This document shows positions 40,485 to 54,124 of a stretch of 64,000 bases of DNA, piece after piece (the first letter of the stretch is position 1; every line of letters starts with the position of its first letter). The position numbers were made by a program, and so were the translations under genes. The notes beneath the pieces were generated by a model. The model was not told where the DNA came from and did no database searches. It saw only the letters and a program-made list of their open reading frames with translations. Source of the stretch: the human T2T-CHM13v2.0 reference genome, Homo sapiens; NCBI RefSeq assembly GCF_009914755.1, contig NC_060930.1. The stretch is one strand, 5' to 3'.

Positions 40485-41572
40485 TTATTTTCCCAAACCG
40501 AAACTCCATACCCACATTAAATGATAATTTACCACCCCTCCTCCTTTCTCCTAGTCACTGGCAACTACCATTCTACTTTCTGTTTTTATGAATTGAGTTG
40601 CTCTGGGTATTTCATATAAGATAAATCATACAGCTTTTGTCCTTTCATGACTGGTTTATTTCACTTCGAGTAATATTTTCAAAGTCCATCTATGTTATAG
40701 CATGTATCAGAATTTCCTTCTTTTTTAAGGCAGAATAATATTCCAATGTATGTATATACATGTGTTTACCATTTATCTGTTGATAAATATTTGGGTTGCT
40801 TCCACCATTTGGCTATTGTGAATAATGCTGCTATGAACATGGCTGTACTAGTATCTGTTCAAGTCACTGCATTCAAATCTTTTGGGTATATACTCAGAAG
40901 GGAAATTATGGGATAATATAGTAATTCTATTTTTAATTTTTTCAGGAACTCCATACTGCATGCATCATTTTACATTTTCACTAGCAGTACACGGTTTCGC
41001 TCCAACACTTTATTTTTTAAATAGCCATCCTAATGAGTGGTATCTCATTGTTCTGATTTGCATGTTCCCCTAATAGCTAGTGATATTGAGCACCTTTACA
41101 TATTTTTATAGGCCATTTGCATGTCTTCTTTGGTGAAATGTCTATTCAAGTCCTTTGCCAATTTTTTGATAAGGTCATTTGTTTTCAGCTATTGAGTTGT
41201 AGGGGTTCCTTATTATTTTTGATATTAACACTTTATCAGATAAGTGGTTTGCAAATATTTTCTCAAATTCCATAAGTTGCCTTTTCATTCTCTTATTTTC
41301 TTTGCTGAGCATAGCTTTTTAGTTGGATGTAATTCCATTTGTCTTTTTTTTTTTTTTTTTTTTTTTTTGCATTTGTTCCCTGTGTGTTTGGTGTCATATC
41401 CGGGAAATCATTGCCAAGGCCAATGTCAAGAAGTTTTCTTCTAGGAGTTTCATGATGTGAAGTCTTAGACTTAAGTCTTCAATCCATTTTTTGAGTTTAT
41501 TTTTGTGTATGGGGTCAGATAAGGGTCCAATTTTATTCTTTTCCATGTAAATATCCAGTTTTCCTAGCACCA
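40485..41572 (-). mobile_element. L1MB-like 3' region
   Basis: ggcaactaccattctactttctg...tttgggttgcttccaccatttggctattgtgaataatgctgctatgaacat...gaaatgtctattcaagtcctttgcc. Confidence 0.85.
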
Positions 41573-41975
41573 AATGTCCATCAGCAGGTGAATAAATTAA
41601 CAAATTGTGGCACATTCACATAAGGAATACTACCCAACAATACAAATGAATGAATTAGTATTATGCTCAACAACATATATGACTTTCAGAAACATTATAT
41701 TAAAAGGAAAAAGTCACACAAACTAGTGCATACCATATGACTACATACAAAGGTCTAGAATAGGAAAGACTAAGCTAGACTGATGGAAATCAAAATAACA
41801 AGTGGATGAGTATGGACTAAAAGGGGTATGAGGTAGCATTCTGGGGTGATAGAAAAGTTCCTCATCTTTAATGGGGTGGTGGTCACAGAAGAATATACTT
41901 TGAACTAGACCTTAAAATCTGTGCATTTTAAAAATATAAGTTATACATCAATAAAGCAGATTGTTTAAAAAAAAG
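41570..41975 (+). mobile_element. L1MC/ME-like 3' end
   Basis: ccaaatgtccatcagcaggtgaataaattaacaaattgtgg...ttctggggtgatagaaaagttc...ttatacatcaataaag plus an A-rich tail. Confidence 0.75.
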
Positions 41976-42823
41976 AAAGTGGTTCCACTCTCTTTCCCTG
42001 AAGAAAAGCAGTTAGTCCACTGATTGGATCAGAATGAGGATTAGTATTTCTTACCATTGTCCTCCCAGGAAGCTACATTAGAGGATACATCAGCCCATCT
42101 TTGTTTTATGTGAATTTAAGTGTGCTAATGTTCTTGGCAAGATTTCTGAAGCCTTCCTCATGTAGAAGACACTGGGGTGTCGATGTAAAGTGAGCTCTCC
42201 CGGGGTAACATGTGTTTACCATGATTCCTTGAGGCATGCATGAAAATATACTGCTGCAGTCTGTTACACTGATGTTAATTAATTATATCACTTAACATTT
42301 ATTTTATTAAAAAGGGTACTACCACATGAGTTATCTAACTATCAATAGCCCATTTATTTTCCCTAATATGTTTACCAAACTTTTTTATTTACCATTTTTT
42401 CAATGGCAAGCCATTATGGTAGAGATTCATTATTCAGCAGCACCCTTGCTAGATAGCACAATTTTAATTTGAAAATAGCCTCAGTCCATACTTTTTTTTT
42501 TTAGGTACAATTGCCTTAAGTCGTTCCAGATTGATTCACTCTATTTCCTATTTTTAAGCATTCACCGGGAACAAAATTTCCATTTTCTTTTTTCCAAAAT
42601 TTAGAATTACCATCTTTGCAGCTCTTATTTCAAGAAAACTCTTCTTTGCACTAAGTCAAATCCTTTGTGCAGAGATGTAGTCAAGCACGCAAAGCAAGAT
42701 ATGTACTGTGCCAAAGAACCTTTAACCTGGCACTAGTAATTAGCAGGCAGAAGAGGTAATAAGTAGCCACTTAACATTAAGAGGTGGGGGCCCAAGCACA
42801 ACAAAGTGAGGAAAGTAATTTTA

Positions 42824-43125
42824 TTCATCAGGATAGGCTAGTTGCACTATGGTAATTGACAATCCAAAAATCTGGGTGGATTAAAACAATAAATGTTTAT
42901 TTCTTACTCATGCTGCATTTATATCAAAGGTTGGTGGAAGTTAGGGTATGTTGACTCTATTCAAGACATTCTCACTTAAGAACCTCGGTGGATGGAGCTT
43001 CCGCTATCAGACAACCACTGCCACTTCCAATCACATTTCACTGTCCTTATTAGAGGCAGGAAAGTCCAAACCTCCCTGAGTAGAGAAAGAATGGATATTG
43101 GTGAGTAGTAACATTGTTGACCATA
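42824..43125 (-). mobile_element. Old MLT1 (K/L-like) LTR remnant
   Basis: tcaggataggctagttgcactatggtaa...ttaaaacaataaatgtttatttcttactcatgctgca...ccacttccaatcacatttcactg. Confidence 0.55.
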
Positions 43126-44149
43126 TTGATATTAAAAAAAAATACAGGATAATCAAAGGTCCTCAAAGGAGTGTAGATCTGCAAGTAGCAAAGCTTAAAG
43201 ATTTATGAAGCAAATGGGCTGGAGGACAGATTCAGAGCTCCAGTTCCAAGAGGTGAAACTGGCAACTGTAAGAGGAACTAGAAGACTGGACAGAAACTTG
43301 GAAATGGACAAAATTACACTTCCAGCCTTGCAAACTGTGGCAATGAGGACAGGTGTTACTAGGGTTCTTGCCAGCAGGAATTAGATCTTGAAAATCAGAG
43401 CATCAACAAGAAAAGTTTGGATCTAGGTGCAGCTTGAGAGCCAGAAGGCCAGCCTTGGGTCACTACCTCTTAAAGCAACCAACAAAGAATATCCTAGATT
43501 GTACCTGGTTAGTTCCTCTGAGCGGAAACTGAAGTCTCCAAAATTCTTTGTGCTTCAAGTCTGTATTTAGTAATAACTGTGGGGAAACTAGACAAAGAAG
43601 AGGCAGAGATAAGGAGCTGGGTTTGACGATGTCTGATGTCCAGTGTCTTGTAGTTTGCTTGCCTGAGGAGATGTAAGAAAGTGCATCCATGAAAAAATTA
43701 AAAATTGACTGCTAGCCTGTCTATAAATATTCTAGAGTAGATTCAAGGAAGGACAACTTCCAGAGAAAACTTAATGGAGGAAGTTGGCCTGGTAGTATTT
43801 TCTCAGCCCAGGAAAACTTCCTATGGCTGTGTGTCTAACCCAGTCCACTACAAAGATATTTTCTAGCTTCCTGAGCGCATGCATGATTTTATAGGAGTCT
43901 ACCTCCAGAAACAAGAGGTCCTCTCGATGGTACCTTCTATATCATACTGAAGAAATGATCCTTAAGACATTTGGTTTGGTTCAACCCAAACCCAGAGAAC
44001 CCTTTCTTTGGTAGATCACAATTTATACCTGCGATATCCGAAGAAAGTGTTTTTAACTCATTCAGGGAAATGTGTTTTCTGTCTTGCTTTAGCTTATAGT
44101 AAGTAGATAAGAAATTCTGGACAATGTAATATACTTCTATGGCTTCAAA

Positions 44150-44640
44150 TTTTATCCCTTCTGGAAACTTTCAAATACAAATTTTGTCCTAGACTCCTCT
44201 TTCTGAGCCTCAGCTACATACCAAGCTGCATGAAAATGTCCCAAAATAATTTTGCATATTTCCCCCAAACTGGATCCTCCTCTTGATTAAATGCATAAAG
44301 AGAGTAAGCCAATTACCCAATTCAGAAATCTCTGATTCCTCCTTGCCTCCTGCTTCTTCTAAACACTCAAATCCAGTCAATTGCCAAGTCCTAATAATTC
44401 TAACAACTTAATAGCTGTCAAATCTGCTCCTATTATCCAGTCCCACTGCTTCAGGTCCTCAACATTTCTTATCAAGACTACATTTTCGCCCGTGTTCTCC
44501 CACCTTCATTCTCTGCTCAGCCCCTTCCCCTGTTCTTGATACTGCAATAAGAGGCTTCTTCCTAGAATATAACTGTCATGTTAATTCTCTTTTTAAAAGC
44601 TGTTGCCCTAAAGAGAAACTCCAAATTGCTCAGCTGGACC
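44150..44640 (+). mobile_element. L2 fragment
   Basis: ctagactcctctttctgagcctcag...aatccagtcaattgccaagtcct...cccactgc...actccaaa. Confidence 0.55.
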
Positions 44641-47600
44641 TTCCTGACTGCACACTGCTAATCTGTCTAACCTTTAGTTCTCCCAGACTCTTCCAGAGTC
44701 CCAGCGCTCTGCTTTCCAAAGACATTGAACAGCTTTCATGCTCACAAAAGAACTCTGCTCTTTTTTTTGGCTCTGGACTCTAGATTCCTCTTTTTCCTCC
44801 AGCAAAGCCCTTAAGTAGTGCCGTGGCTCAGGAAAGCAGGCTGATGTGTCCTCCGTGCCATGGTGAAACCAACTAACCACATTTATGGTAATGGAAAAGC
44901 ATGTTCATGTATAGCTTTGGTCTACATATATCTGAATACTGCAATTATTCAGTGTTAGACCCAAAAGGCAATAGGTCAGTTTTTCACAACCTTTCAGGTT
45001 TTCTCCAGTCTCCAAACTAGAGATGAAAGAGTACATGCAAAACAATTTTTAAGTTTATTGCTAGTGCTTTACTTCTAAATTCTTTTCAACACAGTGATAA
45101 ATAATCTTAAAATATAGTCTAAGGCAAATTTCATTTTTATTAAAAATACAGTGATCTAATTATACCCAAACCCCATTGACTAGAATATGCTAATTTAAAA
45201 AAATCTATTTCAGGCTGATAATTTTGTTTCTTAACTATGATCTGAAAAAGAAAAAAAAAATAACCCCAGCCACCTGTTCTACAAATGCTAATGATAAGAG
45301 GAATTAGGTGAAACACTGTTGATAGATTCATGTAGGCCCATCACCTTTTCAGAAATTCAAACCAAACCTCTTTCTTAATTGGGGCTGGAGGAAGCAAAAT
45401 GAAGAAAAATAGATTCTTTTCATTAAATTAAAACAAAAATCTCAAAGCCTCGTAATATTCATGGACAAAAATAAAGAGATACATGTATGCTGGGCTTCAT
45501 ACTTTAACACAGAAAACAAGATATTTAGCTTTAAAAAAAGTGCATCTAATTTTTTCTTATTAAATGTGTTATTTATTGAAACAACCATGACTTAGAAGAT
45601 ATCAATTCTTGATTTTTCATATTATATGCAAATTGACAAATGTTCTCTAATTGCAAAAGGAAACTCTGAGAGAGAAAATATTTTACATGGCTAAATATTT
45701 TATTTTTTTGTGTAGAGGATTATGTTCAACCTTATAATCAACATTTAGTAGTAGAACTAAGCTTAATTCTATTAATTCCAGAATTAATTATAGACTACCA
45801 GGACTAAAATTCAATTAATACTAGAATAAATTGAAGAAGTAACTATAATTCTACCAGTAGAAAGTTGTGGTTTGAGAAGTCAGGAATACAGAAATAAAGC
45901 ATAATAAGCTGAGTTTAAATTTAAAATATTAGGCACAGTAAGGTTTGGCATTCATTTCACTGAGTGCCTCCTCTACTCACATACCTTTAACTCAGGGTTA
46001 GATTGGTGGTTGGGAGGGGTGGCAAGTTGAGGGTGGGATGTGGGGCAAATGATTGTAGCCAGCAAATCAACTCTGAACAAACCCGCAAAACTAAGCAATA
46101 AATTCCAGAGTGCAGTCTGGTTCACACAAGCTTCAGGCTCAAAAGCCTCCAGTTGTAAATAGAACCTCCAATTGTAAGGCAGCTTTCTGTACTCCAAACT
46201 GTTCATGGGAGTCCTGAGGGTTTTAAGTGGCCAGACATGTAAAATTCAAATGTCATTCAAATTCCATTACAATATTTAAGAAGCTAACATACAGGAAAAC
46301 AGCTGGCACGAAATCAGTGCCGAGAGCAGGTATAATTCCCAGTGCAGAGTGAACCAACCCTTAGGTCACTGTGAATTGGAGCAGTGACTTAAATTCAAAA
46401 CCAGGCTGAGGATTCATGGGCTAATACTGTCAGTAACTTAAAACTGGATCCCAAGGGAAAGGACTTTTTTCCATTGATAAAGAGGATGGTTCACTGCCAG
46501 GCAGCTGGAGACTATCTTGCAGGGGCTTTTTGAACAGCCAGCATGAGTATCTAAATGACTACTACAAAGAAAAAAAAAAACACCTAACAATCCTCAAATT
46601 TTAGATGTCCTGGAAAGCTTTTAATTCATTTTGGTGTTTGGTCTTCATTTGTTCCTGTTAAAAATAGGACAACATACACATATTATAATTAATTAACAGT
46701 TGTTGAATGTAGTCTCTAGCGAATGGAATAGTAAAAGTTACCACCCTTTGTAGAAAAGAAATATACTACCCATGACAGCTTATATCATAAAATAGGACTC
46801 ACTGGTTGCATTGTGCTTACAAATATTTTCATTGCAGTTATTGAATTCAGTAAAATGTCATAAGGTACTCTTAGCCTCTGGCCAAAACTGACACAGAATT
46901 TAATTTGCGCTAGTCAGCTAAAGACACAAAATGTTCCTGGGGAAAATTCTGCCGTGTTATACAAACACGCAACACTTACTGACAGGTCCATGGAAATCCT
47001 GTGCTTATGCAAGTAGCGGGGGTGATGCTAATAATACCACTGGAATGAAGTAAAGTGTTCACTATTTGACATAATAATCTAAATTGTTTCTAGACCTTAG
47101 TTTCCTCCCTAAAGGTCAACATTTTCATTTTTGCAAATTCTAGCTAAGAGCATTGGCAAATAAAAGAAAACCCAGGGGAACGGGTTCTTTTTAAATAAAT
47201 TTGGTAGAAAACAGACCATTTGAAATTGATTCTAAATTACTTTTTGGTGGTTAGTACATGACCTCCCACAGCCATTTGAACTAGAGGTGAAGGTGACTTT
47301 CTCTCAGTAAATAGGATAGGGGATTTTTTTTCTTCCTGAAGAGTCAGGATTATGTGACCTTATAAATTGGTCTCATTACAGAGTTACTGACAGACAGACA
47401 TATTGGTTGCTGCCAGTGGGCATATGGGCTGAAATTTGGAGAAGGAGGGGAGAACAGATGGAAGAGGGAAAAAGAGTGATGGACGGGTCCCTCACACAGA
47501 GACCAGCTGGTAGGGAGCAGGTCATGTCTATTACTGCTAAGCTGAGAAAGATAAGAGTGTCTGCAGTGGGAAAGGCGACATCCATCAATCAGCTTCTTCA

Positions 47601-49662
47601 TTATGGCAAGAATGAGGCTTGTGGTCTGAGGGTGGAAGAAGGGGGCCGGTCATCCCACACCCCACAGGTGGCAACTCTGAAGAAGGCTTATCTTTCACAT
47701 TGCCCGGAAAAGGAAGAATGTGCCCTTCATGAATTTGGGTTGTTGTGGGTTCAGAGAAAACTCAGTGTGATGGTTTAATATTATTTTCAAGTGCTTTTAT
47801 GTTGAGTCAAATATTGCATGAATGTCACACTTCATAATGTAAGAGAGCAACAGTACAAAGGTTTTCCAGGTGAACCCCAAGTTCTCTTCTGTCTGTATGA
47901 CAACGTCCAAGGCAAATGGAGTGGAGGCAGGAAGGCTCTCTAAGGGTTTCTAGAATGTAAGCTCCTTCAGAGTAGTGACTTGTTGGTCTTGCTCATTTTA
48001 ATACCCAGGAGGCTAAAACAGAGATTTGGAGTAAATATTTACTGAATAAATTAAGTTGAAATTATAGAAAATGTCTCAAAATGATTTTAACTCCCAAACA
48101 AATACATTTCCTGGCTCTTTCCCTGACATCTATTATCACCTTACCAACTCCTCTTTTCCACGGCTGATATTCTGGAGATATAAAGGCAACTTTGGTGAGG
48201 AACAGCAGCAAATGGAACATTTGACACTAGAGGTAGTTAATAGCTACACTCAAGTGGTAAAGAGTTGCACTGAAGCTTTACACTTCAGTGAGGACATGAT
48301 GAAATTTGGGGAAGGGAATGCTTTTATTCTGAGGAGAATATCTTTCTGCCATACATGATACTTTGAGACTGGTTGGCTCTGTGTCAGGTTCCTGGAAGGC
48401 AGAATAGAAGCTCATTTATTTTAATTCTCAGTATCCCCAAAATAGTGATGCTTAATTAATGTTGAACCACTAGCTTAAATGATTATTTTCTATTCACAAA
48501 GTTTTCTAGTGTAGGGTCCATAAACTAATTTGGCTTTCTTATATATTTAGGGAAGAAAAAAAAATGATCAGAAAGAATTAGAAATGTGATCCAGACAAAG
48601 ATCATTTTATTTGAAAATACTTTGCTCTACAGTACTTATTTTAAGAGAAACATATATTATCTCAAATAATAATAATTTTAGTGAAAATACAGTCACATAG
48701 AAATTAGAACAGTTTTGGAAGTTAGACTAGCAAATAGTTGAATCAAAAATTTGACCTTAATAATTAATTATTAATATAAACCAATCTAACTATGAAGAAG
48801 GTAGGTGTTACTGATTTGTAGATACATTTGAAGCTTATTGACCTGATCAAATTAGTTAAATAAAATTATATTTATATTTCCTGTTATCTTCTGATTGGGG
48901 GTTAATAACATATATCACCCTTTAGTATAAGAAAATAATAAACTTTTTTGAGGTTTCTAAGCAAATTGATTTTTTAAATGTACCTGGCTTTAAAAATATA
49001 AGCTCTCTGTTAAGAGATTCTGTTACATGCTAACATAATATAAGACTACATATTTAATTAGTTTGCATATCCTAAAAGACAGCTGCCCGTTTATGAAATT
49101 AGAACATATCTTGAATAATTTAAAAAGAGTTTGACAAATTTGAAAGTGTGCCCCTATTTAAATTGTGAGAGAGAGTTGACCTGTGTGTGTAAGATTCACT
49201 TCAGGGATCCTACTGGACTCACAGGAAGGACACATTGCTGACCTCACTAAGTGGTTTAGATAGGGGTTTCCTAATTGATAATGATGGGTTTGAATGAACA
49301 AATTAGTCTTGGATTGAAGGGGACTCACTGCTGAACATGTTAGGGGAGGAGGCAAAGTGATGAAATGCTTCGGCTCTGGAATGAGAAGGACTGAACTCCA
49401 AATTTGGTCACAAGGCCTTAGGTGAGTTAATTAATTCTCTTTTTCCTGTGAGTCCATGTGGACATTAAAACAGATAATGCATATGAAGCACTTACCATAG
49501 TGTCTGGAACAGAGTTAGCACTCAGAGAGAGTAATGGTTTTATTTTTGCCGTACTGTGAGTTTGCTAATATTATAGTTTGGTTCCTAAATACCCCAAAGA
49601 TATTTCATACTTTTTTTGTTCCTACTCTCTAAAAACTACTTTTGAAGAAAATCTAAGAATTG

Positions 49663-49892
49663 CCTTTCTTTCTTCTTTCTTTTCTTCACTTCTTCTCTCT
49701 CCCTCCCTCCCTTCCCTTCGTCTCGCCTTTCCTTTGCTCCTTCCTTCCTCCCTCCCTCCCTCCCTCCCTCCCTCCCTCCCTTCCTTCCTTCCTCCCTCCC
49801 TCCCTCCCTCCCTCCCTCCCTTCCTTCCTTCCTTCCTCCCTCCCTCCCTCCCTTCCTTCCTTCCTCCTTCCCTTCCTCCCCTCCTTCCTTCT
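49663..49892. repeat. Compound (CCCT)n/(CCTT)n polypyrimidine repeat
   Basis: Uninterrupted pyrimidines at 49737-49892 (156 nt) with alternating CCCT and CCTT blocks. Confidence 0.97.
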
Positions 49893-50611
49893 GCATATCT
49901 ATATAGTCAACAGATTTTTGAATATTTATTCTATGAAAATCCAAAAACTTCTGCAAGTAGGACATGTAAAAATATAATATTGCAATTTAACTGTCTGTAA
50001 ACAGAACATTTTATATGGTCTGAATTATAGCATGATGGGAAAAATACTCCACAATGATAGAGATAAATGCCCAATATTAGTATCATTTTTCTTCTGTAAA
50101 TATAGAGGAGAATTTGAATCCCTAAGGGTATTTTTTTCATTGAGTAAAATTGATCATAGTATAAAAATATATGATAGATTGAAATTACATCTTCTTCCAG
50201 GTTTTCTAGTGACCTATAGGACCGTTACTTTCTTGACTATCCTAAAATATATAGCAGCATCTTTCCTGAATGCATTTGCTTCTCCTGATGTATAACATAT
50301 TCATATGCTGGTATTTATTAAAATAAGCTTGCTGTCATTTATGGAGGGAATGTATGCCAGTTCCCTACCAAGGAGTCCTTCTCCACTCTCCTGATTCAAT
50401 TTGTACACAATTGTTTTCATTTCCATTGATTCAAAAAGGATGTGGAAGTGAAAATAGTAAAAATAGATGTGTTCAAGTATTTATAACCTATACATTGAAT
50501 TAGTGACTTGAAACTTCAAATATCAATGTACAGAAATTGAGAATTGACTACGGAGGAGACAGCCCAACCACAATCTGGATTATTTTCCAAATGCTTTAGG
50601 TCTGGCAAAAA

Positions 50612-50732
50612 CTAAAGTGTTTATTGCCAAGCCCTTTTCCTCTTAATTTTAAAAAGTCATGTGTGTTTCAAGGGAAATTTAATCCACATGTTTCTGATTC
50701 ATTTGCACTCAAGTTGTCAAACTGTTTTGTAA
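50612..50732. repeat. MER135-like ancient interspersed repeat
   Basis: gtgtttattgccaagcccttttcctcttaattttaaaaagtcatgtgtgtttcaagggaaatttaatccacatgtttctgattcattt closely resembles a remembered ancient conserved repeat consensus. The family name is from memory. Confidence 0.55.
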
Positions 50733-52289
50733 TCACAAGTCTTTATCTTTTTCTCTCCACAGAAAGTTGAGTTTTCCAAGTGTGCATAAACAATAACCTC
50801 TCAGAAGAATAAATTGAATTTCAAATTCAGAAATCAGGGATGGGCAAAAATGTGTATATTTCACCTGTTCTTTGAAAAGAAAAATATTTTGGGGCTTTTG
50901 CCCCTGACTTAAACCTTTTGGTGTAGACATCACTTGCCCTTGGCAATATGCAATTCTTCTCTCCAAGGAACAGTATATTTAGAGTTCAAAATATACAGCA
51001 GAAGGTGCTAAATGACCCATGAAGCAGGAGGATTCTGTCTTTAAAATTACAAGCAAATATGACCACAGATAATATTAGAGTTTTATAGCAAAAACTTATT
51101 TTAAATATTATAATCGTCAAAATTGGGTTTACTTACAACTCCTCATCCCTTAGATATGAGCTTAACAAAGCAAAAGTGCTAGGTTTTTTGGCCCCGAATA
51201 TTTTATCTAAAATGAGTTTAAATTACAAATAGAAGAATTTACAGGGGGGAAAAACACATTTTTTTAAAGCTTTTGTCATCTCTGAAAATAACTCAGAATT
51301 TACCACATTTACATATTTTTCTTATAAAACATTCTGTAGTGAGAGTTCAAATACTAAAGCTTACTATAATAGAATGCCCCATTTGGGAACATTAAGAACT
51401 TTTGTTTTATGATAACTCTACAATAGTTACTCCCATTTGGATCTCTTAGAAAGTGCTAATTCCAAACACTTCCTTCTTTATCATGAGATCAAACCATTTG
51501 GACCGCTTATTATCATGTACCCCGTAAAACTCAATCTGTTGTGTTAATTAGTTATGTAAACACATTTTATAATTGTGGAGACAAAGCAGAACTAGACAAC
51601 TGGGTAGGTGAGAAAAGATCAAAGATCTTTCTTAATAAATTGTTACGGTAATTAGTGTTTGTCTTGTACTTCTTTTCCAGGGGGTCTTTTATACCCAAGC
51701 TTGGGAAACCTGCTTAGCGAACAAGGAAGCTTTTGGAAAGACAAATCTTGCTAAGCTCCCAAAACTGACTTAAAATCAGTGGAGTGAGGAAAAAAAGGAA
51801 TACAAGAAAGGGAAGATAAAAAAGACCATGAATTCCTCTGGGGGAGTCCCTACTCTGTTTAATAGCTTAAGAATAAAATATGGAAAAGAACTATCACATC
51901 ACATGTAGCCTATTTATATACTAGACAACAGCTTTCCCTACCCACCACCCGCACCAAGACATACTGTGTATAGCTTTCTCTGAAAATAATGAGAGTACTG
52001 TAGTGTCTATACTTCTCAAAAAATGTTACTAAAAAGTACCTAAATTTTAGGAAGATAAAGTCCTCCAGAAAATGCCCCACCCTCCCTCAGCATTACCTGG
52101 GCTTCCTCCTGCTCCATTCTATCTAACACATCACCTACTTTACCTAGATTCTTTGGCTGTCTCTTCCAATTAGAAAGCCCATGCATGATGGCAGGGAGTT
52201 TTGTCTAGTTTTCCACTGGTTTGTTCAATGACTGGCTGAATAAAAGAATGAATACAGAGCAGTTTTCTAAACATTTTAGAAGCACTTTG

Positions 52290-52495
52290 GGGTAATATGG
52301 AGTGGGTCTACCACTTACATGCTGTGGAATGGCTTTGAGCAATTTACTTGATCTTCCTGAACTCTGTTTCCTTATACATATACCTAGATTGTTATCTACT
52401 TTTCAGGGTTATGTCAAGATTGGAGATGATTTATGTAAACTGCCCAGCAGAGTGTCCAGCACTTAGTAGATGCTCAGTTAACGGTAGTTGTTTTG
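52290..52495 (+). mobile_element. MIR
   Basis: ctaccacttacatgctgtgg...ttgagcaatttacttgatcttcctgaactctgtttcctta...gcacttagtagatgctcag. Confidence 0.7.
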
Positions 52496-53986
52496 TTGTT
52501 ATTACTTTCCCCCACTTTTCCTTTATACAAGCCAAATAATATTAAGACTCTTGGATTTAGCATTACTTCTTTCTGTTTTTACCATACTCCTCTCTTTTTC
52601 AAGTTGTATTCATATTTTCTTAATTGAATAGTATGCTCTTTGTTGTTAGTCATCCCAAATATAAATCAAACTAATATAATAAAAATTATAACAAAAATAT
52701 AATAATTTAAACAAATATAGTAACAATTTCCTAGAACTATTCTTTAACTTTCTCTTAAAATTCCCACACATTTGTAAATTACTAATTTTTCCAATTCCTA
52801 CCTATAATATAGGTAGGGGTGTGTATTTTCATTTCCAGATATTCATGTTCAAACCCCACGACAAAAATTATCCACTTTGCCCCAGGTTTTCAATAAGATT
52901 TTGCATGCTTCTTTATAGCCTTGGTGGAGAGGAACTTGTTTCAGAACTGTACCTAGGATTTCCCTCAATTTATATCTTTTATCTTTTAACTTCAGGTCTT
53001 GTCTCTAAAAGACAGTCCTCTCCTGAAATCTCCTCCATGAAACCTGGAAGTATAGAAGAAAAGAGCACTAAAAAGACCAAGAAGTTAAATTTCTAACATA
53101 TCCTTCATCTGGCCAGATTTTCTGGCACCGTGCCTGTTTCACAAGTTTCCCAGTTTTTATGAGATAGTAAACCTAAAGCTGCTTTTTTAAAATGTATTTT
53201 AAAAGTAATACATTAAAAATGGTAATATCTCATTGTTTAGCAAATCTATTATTATAAATTATGAACAAGTGAAATGAAAATGAGTAAAAATAATCTTTAA
53301 TTTTTAATCTCACTAGCTATAATCTTTGTTCTAGCATAAATTATATGTTTATTGTCACAAAAATGTAGTACAGTATATAGAGATAGTATTTTGAAATCTG
53401 TGTTTTTCTCTTTATAGTTTAACATATATTTTTCAATCGTTAAGCACACAAGCATCATTTTAATAATATCATTGTATAGACATATCACTGTCTATTAAAA
53501 CAATCCTCTGTATATGTGATAAAAAAATCTATATATTTGAGCAAAAACTCAAAAAACTTGAAATTTTTATGGTAGAAAACTGGAAAATATTTGGTAGTTT
53601 TATTTTGTTCTTGCCAAGTAACTCACATTAAATTTTTACTTTCTTTTCCTCTTTTCTCTCAGATAAAAACCTCATAAATAAAAACACACCTAACAAACTA
53701 AAGGCCCATATTCATAACCTGGAATTCTAATAACAATCTTATTTGTCTTTTTCACATTTTCTCCTCCCTCAATGTCCAGCATGTTGCTACTCAAAAAGTT
53801 CTTAATAAATATTAGATGAATAATTGAACAAGTGAACTTAAATCACATGCAAATACCATCTCATGAAATCTGTGATTGCAGTTTTACAAGCTTGTTTGTT
53901 TTTCCACTATTGGAAAAAATGAACTGACTAAAAAGGTCCCTTTTAGTCTCCATCTCCTTAAGTGTCATTATTACCTATGACCAGGT

Positions 53987-54124
53987 CAGAGTTCTCCAAA
54001 AAGTGGGTCACTTGGATCAGAATTTCCTGGAGTACTGGGAATAAACACAGACTCCTGGGCCCCATTCTAGACCAGCTAAGGCAGAATAATTAAATTTAAA
54101 GCCCAGGAAAGTCTGAGAACTACT
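53987..54124. mobile_element. MER5-like hAT MITE fragment
   Basis: cagagttctccaaa...atcagaatttcctgg...cagactcctgggccccattctagacc...agtctgagaactact. Confidence 0.65.

Noticed and set aside
40485-41975. Oppositely oriented L1 pieces as a twin-priming inversion
   Set aside because: Both pieces cover overlapping 3' regions and look like different subfamilies, so they are independent insertions.
47655-47680. CTCF-like cccacaggtggca motif (also 36835-36850 and 54765-54780)
   Set aside because: Multiple core mismatches; cannot be supported without ChIP data.
48071-48358. 95-aa ORF, 8-bp hairpin and C/D-box-like motifs
   Set aside because: No recognisable domain or splice context; the C and D boxes are only ~30 nt apart; the hairpin size is expected by chance.
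49578-50000. 140/109/105-aa Pro/Ser/Leu- or Gly/Arg/Glu-rich ORFs
   Set aside because: Artefacts of the stop-free CCCT/CCTT repeat.
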